Source of the DNA: an uncultured Actinomycetes bacterium
GTDB lineage: Bacteria > Actinomycetota > Thermoleophilia > Gaiellales > JAICJC01
DNA length: 64,000 nt
Direction of reading: 5' to 3'
NCBI GenBank assembly: GCA_963797175.1
Contig: CAWCOL010000005.1
Coordinates: 653,100 to 717,099 of the forward strand
Shown: positions 58,157-64,000 of the stretch, one piece after another
Layout of the letters: every line of letters begins with the position of its first letter
Numbering within the stretch: the stretch's first letter is position 1
Position numbers and translations under genes: made by a program
Notes under the pieces: model-generated
Told to the model about the DNA's origin: nothing
Databases searched by the model: none
What the model saw: only the letters and a program-made list of their open reading frames with translations

Positions 58157-60404
58157 GCGACCGCCTGCAGCGGTACGCGGTGCTCGTCACCGCGCTGGCG
58201 CTGACCGTGCTCGTCGGCTGGGGCGTCGCTGCACTCGCACGCGACGTCCAGCGGCACGTCCACGTTCATCGTCGGCGGCCATCGTCGCCTGGGCGTTCGT
58301 CCTGGGCGGCCTGCTGGCCTGGTCGCGCCGCCCCGACAACGCCACCGGCAAGCTGATGTGCCTGGTCGGCATGGGCTGGATCTTCAGCGGCACCGCCGAC
58401 TCGCCGTACGACATCGTCTTCACGCTGGGCCTCGCCGTCGGCAGCCTGTGGGCGGCCGCGGTCATCCACCTGCTGCTGGCCTACCCGACCGGCCGGCTCG
58501 ACCGGCAGACGCGGGTGATCGCCACCCTCGGCTATCTGGACACGGTCGGGATCAGCCTGCTGGTGCTCCCCTTCTCGGATCCGGTCCGGGCCGGCGACGC
58601 GGCCGCCGGGTCGGCCGAGAACGCCGCGCTGGTCCACTACAACCGCACGATCGAGCGCGGCGCCGACGTCGTCACGCTGGTGTTCGGCATCTTCCTGCTG
58701 GGCTGGACGGTGGCCGTGCTGCTGCGCCGCTGGCGGCGGGCGACGCCGGCGGCCCGCTACATCCTCACCCCGGTCTACGCCACCGGCGCGGCTGTGATCG
58801 TCGCGATCGGAGTGCTGGCCACGATCAGCGTCAACACCAGCACCACGACGTGGGTGTTCTACGTCTTCTCCGCCGTCTTCCTGACCGTGCCGTTGGGGTT
58901 CGTGGCAGGCATCCTGCGGATGCGGCTCTCCTCCGGGGGCACCGTCGCCTCGCTGGTCGCCGAGCTGGAGCGAAGCCCCGACCCGGACAGCACCCGGGCG
59001 GCGCTCCGCACCGCGCTCAACGACCCGTCGCTGGGCATCGCGTTCCGGCTGTCCGACGGCGGCTGGGTGGACGTTGACGGCGACCCGATCCTGCGGCCTG
59101 CCGAGACGCCGGAGCACGCCGTCACCGAGGTCGTCCGCGGCGGCCGCTCGGTGGCCGCGCTGATCCACGACCCGGCGGTGCGCGAGAACGGGGCGCTGCT
59201 GCGCTCGGTGTGCGCGACGGCCGGGCTCGCGCTCGAGAACCAGCGGCTCCAGGCCGAGCTGCGCGCGCAGCTTCGGGCCGTCCGCCGCCTGGCCGAGGAG
59301 CAGGCAGGACTGCGCCGGGTGGCGACGCTGGTCGCCTCCACCACCGATCCGCAGCCGGTGTTCGACGCCGTCACCGAGGAGGTGGCGCTGCTGCTGGAGG
59401 CCCCAACCGCGAATCTCGTGCACTACGTGGACGAAAACACGCTGGAGGTCGTCGCCGGCTGGAGCGAGCCCGACGTCGGCGCCGTCCCCGCCGGCATCAC
59501 CCTCGAGCTCGACGGCAGCACCGTCGCCGCGATCGTCCGCAACACCGGCCGCCCGGCCCGCCTGGACAGCTACGAGGGGATGTCCGGCGAGCTGGCCCGG
59601 CGCCTGCGCGAGCTGGGGCTGAAGGCGGCCGTGGCCGCCCCCGTCTACGTGGCCGGCGGACTGTGGGGCGCGATCACCGTGTCCAGCACGTCGGGCCCGT
59701 TCCCGCCGGGCGCCGAGACGCGGATCGCCGAGTTCAACGAGCTGGTCGGCCTGGCGCTCTCCAGCGCCGAGGCGCGCCGGGCGCTGGCCGGGTCGCGGGC
59801 GCGCATCGTCGAGGCCGGCGACGCCGAGCGGCGGCGGCTCGAGCGCAACCTGCACGACGGCGCCCAGCAGCGGCTGGTCTCGCTGCGGCTGGGCCTGCGC
59901 GTCGCGCGGTCGAAGCTCGAGAGCGACCCCGAGGCCGCAGCGGCGCTGCTGGATGCCTCCGGCGAGGAGCTGGACGGCGCGCTGGCCGAGCTGCGCGACC
60001 TGGCCCGCGGCATCCACCCGGCCATCCTGACCGAGCGCGGCCTCGACCCCGCCCTGCGCGGGATCGCCGACCGGCTCGGCTCCGCGCTGCCGGTGACGCT
60101 GCACGGCGTGCCCGAGGAGCGGCTGCCGCCGCCGGTCGAGGCCGCCCTCTACTACGTCGCGTCCGAGTCGCTGGCCAACGCCCTGCGCCACGCGGACGCC
60201 TGCTCCGCCGAGGTGCGCGTTGGCCACACCAACGGCATCGTCACGCTGGAGGTGTCCGACGACGGCGTCGGCGGCGCCTCGCTGGCGGACGGCCGCGGCC
60301 TGCGCGGCCTGGCCGACCGGGTCGAGGCGCTCAGCGGCCGGCTCGCGGTGGACAGCCCGCCCGGCGCCGGCACGCGCGTGCGGGTGGAGATCCCGTGCGG
60401 CTGA
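58153..60404 (+). CDS. HisKA_3-type sensor histidine kinase with polytopic N-terminus and GAF domain; N-terminal frame breaks near 58260-58280
   Basis: The ATG at 58153 overlaps the RR stop (ATGA) and gives MSDRLQRYAVLVTALALTVLVGWGVAALA. The main ORF 58356..60404 continues in another frame. H-box ERRRLERNLHDGAQQRLVSL. ATPase motifs ESLANALRHA...DDGVGGA...GLRGLADRV. Confidence 0.8.
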
Positions 60405-60513
60405 CGTACGGGTAACCGCACCCGACACACCGGGCACCCGCATTCCTTCCCCGGCCCGCATTGGCGAGGCTTGGCGCATGGATTCGACGACCAACAGCGC
60501 AACGGGAGGAACA

Positions 60514-62851
60514 ATGCAGTCCAAGCGAAACCTCGCCGCCCGGATGGGCGGTTGGAGCGTTCGCCACAGGTGGACGGCTCTGGGTTTGTGGTTCGCGTTC
60601 GTCATCGCGGCCGTCGTCGGCGGCACGATCGCCGGCGAGGTCGACCTCACCAACGCCCAGCTGGGCGACGGCCAGTCCGGCCACGCCGCACGCGTGATCG
60701 ACTCGGCCGGCTATCAGAAGAGCGCCGGCGAGATGGTGCTCGTCAAGACGCCCTCCGGCACCGTGCGCGGCACCGCCGGTCGGGCGGCCATCGCCGACGT
60801 CGTCAAGACCCTCGACGGCTTCGCGACGGTGCGCCGCATCCGCAACCCGCTCGTCGCCGACAGCGGGCGCATCTCCAAGGACGGCCGGGCGGCCGTCATC
60901 ACGTTCGACGTGCTCGGCGACGAGACCGCCGCCGACAAGCGGATCGTCCCGATCATGGGCGCCGTGCAGCACGCCGCCGACCGGCACCCCGGCCTCGAGG
61001 TGCAGGAGTTCGGCGAGGCCAGCGCCGCCCACGTCCTCAACGACAAGATCAACCAGGACTTCGCGCGGGCACGCACCGTCTCGCTGCCCCTCACGCTGCT
61101 GATCCTGCTGTTCGCCTTCGGCGCGATGGTCGCCGCCGGCGTCCCCGTCCTGCTCGCCTTCTCGGCGGTGCTGGCGACGTTCGGGCTGAACTCGCTGTTC
61201 AGCCACCTCATCGGGCACGACGCAGACCAGCCAGGAAGTCATCCTGATGATCGGCATGGCGGTCGGCGTGGACTACTCGCTGTTCTACCTCCGCCGCGAG
61301 CGGGACGAGCGCAGGCGTCGACGAAGACGGCCGACCGGGCCCGCATCCGCGAGGCCAAGGCCGAGCGCAAGCTGGCCAAGCGGTCGGGCGACGCCGAGGC
61401 GGTCGCCGCGGCGCAGGTCTCGCTGAAGCAGGCCAAGGCGATCTCGCGGTCGAACCGCGAGCGGGCGCTGGACATCGCGGCGTCCACCTCGGGCCAGGCG
61501 GTGCTGATCTCCGGCATCACCGTGCTGATCGCGATGGCCGGCATGCTGCTGGCCGGCGACCCGTGTTCGTGTCGCTCGGCATCTCGGCCATGCTGGTCGT
61601 GGCCGTCGCCCTGGTCGGCTCGCTGACCGGCCTGCCGGCGGTGCTGTCCCTGCTCGGCGACCGCGTCGAGCGCGGCCGCATCCCCTTCACCGGGCGGATC
61701 ACCCGCTCGGCCGACGGCGAGCAGCCGCTTCTGGGGCGCGATCGTCGATCGCGTGCTGAAGCGGCCGGCGATCTCGGTCGCCGTCTCCGGCGCACTGCTG
61801 GTGGCGCTCGCCCTGCCCGCTCTGGCGCTGAAGACGGAGACCCCGAGCTTCCGCTTCCTGCCCCAGAACCTGACCATCGTCAAGACCTACAAGCAGATCC
61901 AGGCGGACTTCCCCGGCGGGCCCGACCCGGCCGTGGTCGCCGTCAAGGCGAAGGACGTGACCTCGCCCGACGTGCAGGCCGAGATCACCACGTTCAAGCG
62001 CGCCGCCCTGGCGACCGGCGAGATGAGCACGCCGATCGACGTCAAGATCAACCCCGACCACACGGTGGCCCAGATCTCGGTGCCCGCTGGCGGGTGACGG
62101 ACAGAACGCCGCGTCCCAGCACGCGCTGAAGACGCTGCGCGGCAACGTGATCCCGACCACGCTCGGGCCGGATCCAGGGAGCCGACGTCGGCGGTCACCG
62201 GCGGGACGGCCGCGGCCGTGGACTTCAACGACCTGATGGGCGTTCGCACGCCGATCGTGTTCGCCTTCGTCCTCGGGCTGGCGTTCCTGCTGATGCTGGT
62301 CACGTTCCACTCGATCGTGATCCCGATCAAGGCGATCCTGCTCAACCTGCTCTCGGTGGCGGCCGCCTACGGCATCCTGGTCGCGATCTTCCAGCACGGG
62401 ATCGGCCAGAACCTGATCGGGTTCAACTCGACCGGGACGATCGCGAACTGGCTGCCGCTGTTCCTGTTCGTGGTGCTGTTCGGCCTCTCGATGGACTACC
62501 ACGTCTTCATCCTGAGCAGGGTGAAGGAGCTGGTGGACGGCGGGATGCCGACGGACGAGGCCGTGTCGGTGGGCATCCGCTCGACGGCCGGCGTCGTCAC
62601 CAGCGCCGCGGTCGTGATGGTCGGCGTGTTCGCACTGTTCGGCACGCTGTCGGTGCTGGACGTGAAGCAGTTCGGGGTGGGCGCGGCGATCGCCGTGCTT
62701 CCTCGACGCGACCATCGTGCGGGCGGTGCTGCTGCCGGCCACGATGAAGCTGCTGGGCGAGTGGAACTGGTACATGCCCCGCAGCCTGGCCTGGCTGCCC
62801 CGGCTGCAGCACGCGGCCCCGGCCCCCGCTCCCGACCCGAACGGAGCGTAG
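60514..62851 (+). pseudogene. MMPL/RND-superfamily transporter, at least 8 frame changes
   Basis: ATG at 60514 after GGGAGGA. The recognisable pieces MQSKRNLAARMGGWSVRHRW..., VILMIGMAVGVDYSLFYLRRERDER, VFVSLGISAMLVVAVALVGSLTGLPAVLSLLGDRV, FWGAIVDRVLKRPAISV..., DFNDLMGVRTPIVFAFVLGLAFLLML...FGLSMDYHVFILSRV and [27 protein letters not shown] are spread over three frames. Confidence 0.8.
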
Positions 62852-62865
62852 GACCGACCGGACAT

Positions 62866-62908
62866 CAGGGACTGTCCCCGCAGGAGCTTCCTGTGGGGAC
62901 AGTCCCTG
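62866..62908 (+). terminator. long stem-loop after the MMPL locus
   Basis: cagggactgtccccgcagg / cctgtggggacagtccctg forms a 19-bp stem (one G-U) with the loop agctt. It lies 15 nt after the stop at 62851 and 20 nt before the next ATG. Confidence 0.5.
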
Positions 62909-62927
62909 TATCGTGGACCGCTCCGCC

Positions 62928-64000
62928 ATGTCCCAGCTCCCAACCGGAACCGTGACGATGCTCTTCACCGACGTGGAGGGCTCGACGCGTCTCCTGGCCC
63001 GGTCGCGGGACGGCTACGCCGAGGTGATCGCCGCCCACCGCGGGATCCTGGACTCGGCCCGCGAGCGGCACCGCGGCGAGCTGGTGGACACGCAGGGCGA
63101 CTCCTCCTTTCTCGCCTTCCGCGGCGCGCTGGAGGCGATCTCGGCCGCCGCCGAGATCCAGCGCGCGCACACCGCCTACGAGTGGCCACCGGACGCGGTC
63201 GTGCGGGTGCGGATCGGGGTGCACAGCGGCGAGCCGGTGGTGGCGGAGGGCCGCTACATCGGCCTCGACGTGCACCGCGCCTCGCGGATCTGCGACGCCG
63301 GCCACGGCGGCCAGGTGCTGGTCTCGCGCACGACCCAGGCGCTGGTCGAGGGCGAGCTGGGCGCCGGCCTCTCGCTGCGCGACCTGGGCGAGCACCATCT
63401 GAAGGACCTCGACCGGCCCGAGCGCCTCTTCCAGCTCGAGATGGACGGCCTGGGCGCGCAGTTCCCCGAGCTGAACACGACCGGCCGCCACGCCGGCGCC
63501 GCCCTCAAGGTGGTGCTGGCGGACGACTCGGTGCTGCTCCGCGCCGGCATCGCCAGCCTGCTCGAGCAGGCCGACTTCGAGGTGGTCGGGCAGGTGGACA
63601 ACGCCGACGACCTGCTGCGGCGGATCGGGTTCTCCAAGCCGGACGTGGCGATCGTGGACATCCGCATGCCCCCCACCCAGACCGACGAGGGGCTGCGCGC
63701 CGCGCGCGGAGATCCGCGAGCGCTTCCCGGGCGTGGGCGTGCTGGTGCTCTCGTCCTACGTCGAGCCGTCGTACGCGGTCGAGCTCCTGTCCGACAGCGC
63801 CGAGGGCGTCGGCTACCTGCTCAAGGACCGGGTGGCGGACGTGGACGAGTTCGTCTCCGCCGTGCGCCGCGTCGCCCAGGGCGGCTCCGCGCTCGACCCC
63901 GCCGTCGTCCGCCAGCTGGTCGGCCGGCCCCGCGGCGACGACCCGCTGGATGAGCTGACGCCGCGCGAGGGCGAGGTGCTGGCGCTGATGGCCGAGGGCC
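62928..64000 (+). CDS. cyclase-homology domain fused in frame to a NarL/LuxR-type response regulator (partial; frame break near 63708; runs off window end)
   Basis: ATG at 62928: MSQLPTGTVTMLFTDVEGSTRLL...TQGDSSFLAF...GVHSGEPVVAEGRYIGLDVHRASRICD... (class III cyclase fold). It continues without a stop into KVVLADDSVLLRAGIASLLE...VAIVDIRMPPTQTDEGLRAAR. After gcgcgcGgagatc the REC domain continues in the next frame (EIRERFPGVGVLVLSSY...LTPREGEVLALMAEG). Confidence 0.7.

Overview
This is a 64-kb, very GC-rich chromosomal core segment. Gene content and order look actinobacterial (inference: Actinomycetota, possibly a Thermoleophilia/Conexibacter-like lineage). Most genes are on the minus strand and many are linked by GTGA/ATGA start-stop overlaps.

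Gene content, left to right:
- leuS, a small membrane protein and an M3 oligoendopeptidase.
- A nine-gene phosphate super-operon: pstS-pstC-pstA-pstB, two membrane-anchored PstS paralogs, a cysteine-less sortase-like protein, a lipoprotein and a secreted coiled-coil protein.
- An XRE regulator, a divergent pair of CtaG-like genes, an NlpC/P60 hydrolase, a secreted phosphoesterase, a 1-Cys peroxiredoxin and tRNA-Ala(GGC).
- The DUF2203-rsfS-nadD-obg-rpmA-rplU-rne block, together with its radical-SAM/DUF2344 partner genes.
- A FUSC-like exporter.
- The rod-shape cluster rodA-mrdA-mreD-mreC, then uppP.
- mreB, maf, ndk, folC and valS.
- clpX-clpP-tig.
- A right-end region with a response regulator, histidine kinase, MMPL transporter and a cyclase-REC-LuxR gene.

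Best candidate for an undescribed system: a compact cassette at 39.9-41.8 kb, with a divergent cyclase/NTPase/TPR regulator. It encodes a 72-aa peptide ending in ...GRMSY, a radical SAM enzyme with a Cys-rich SPASM/twitch-like tail, and a heme-oxygenase-like iron enzyme. It sits inside a 5.9-kb block that separates mreB from mreCD.

Other notable points:
- A sortase homolog with Ser where the catalytic Cys should be, next to two PstS paralogs that share an unusual C-terminal motif.
- A 2.3-copy tandem repeat of about 190 bp with a conserved G-U-containing hairpin.
- A 165-bp element bounded by perfect 18-bp inverted repeats upstream of tig.
- A dispersed short repeat family.

Caveat: many conserved genes are interrupted by single-base frameshifts, mostly homopolymer +1 insertions. 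These include obg, valS, folC, mreC, maf, a radical SAM gene, the RR/HK pair, the MMPL gene and a beta-lactamase-like gene. Assembly error and real pseudogenisation cannot be told apart from the sequence alone.

No CRISPR array, rRNA, transposase or phage gene was recognised.
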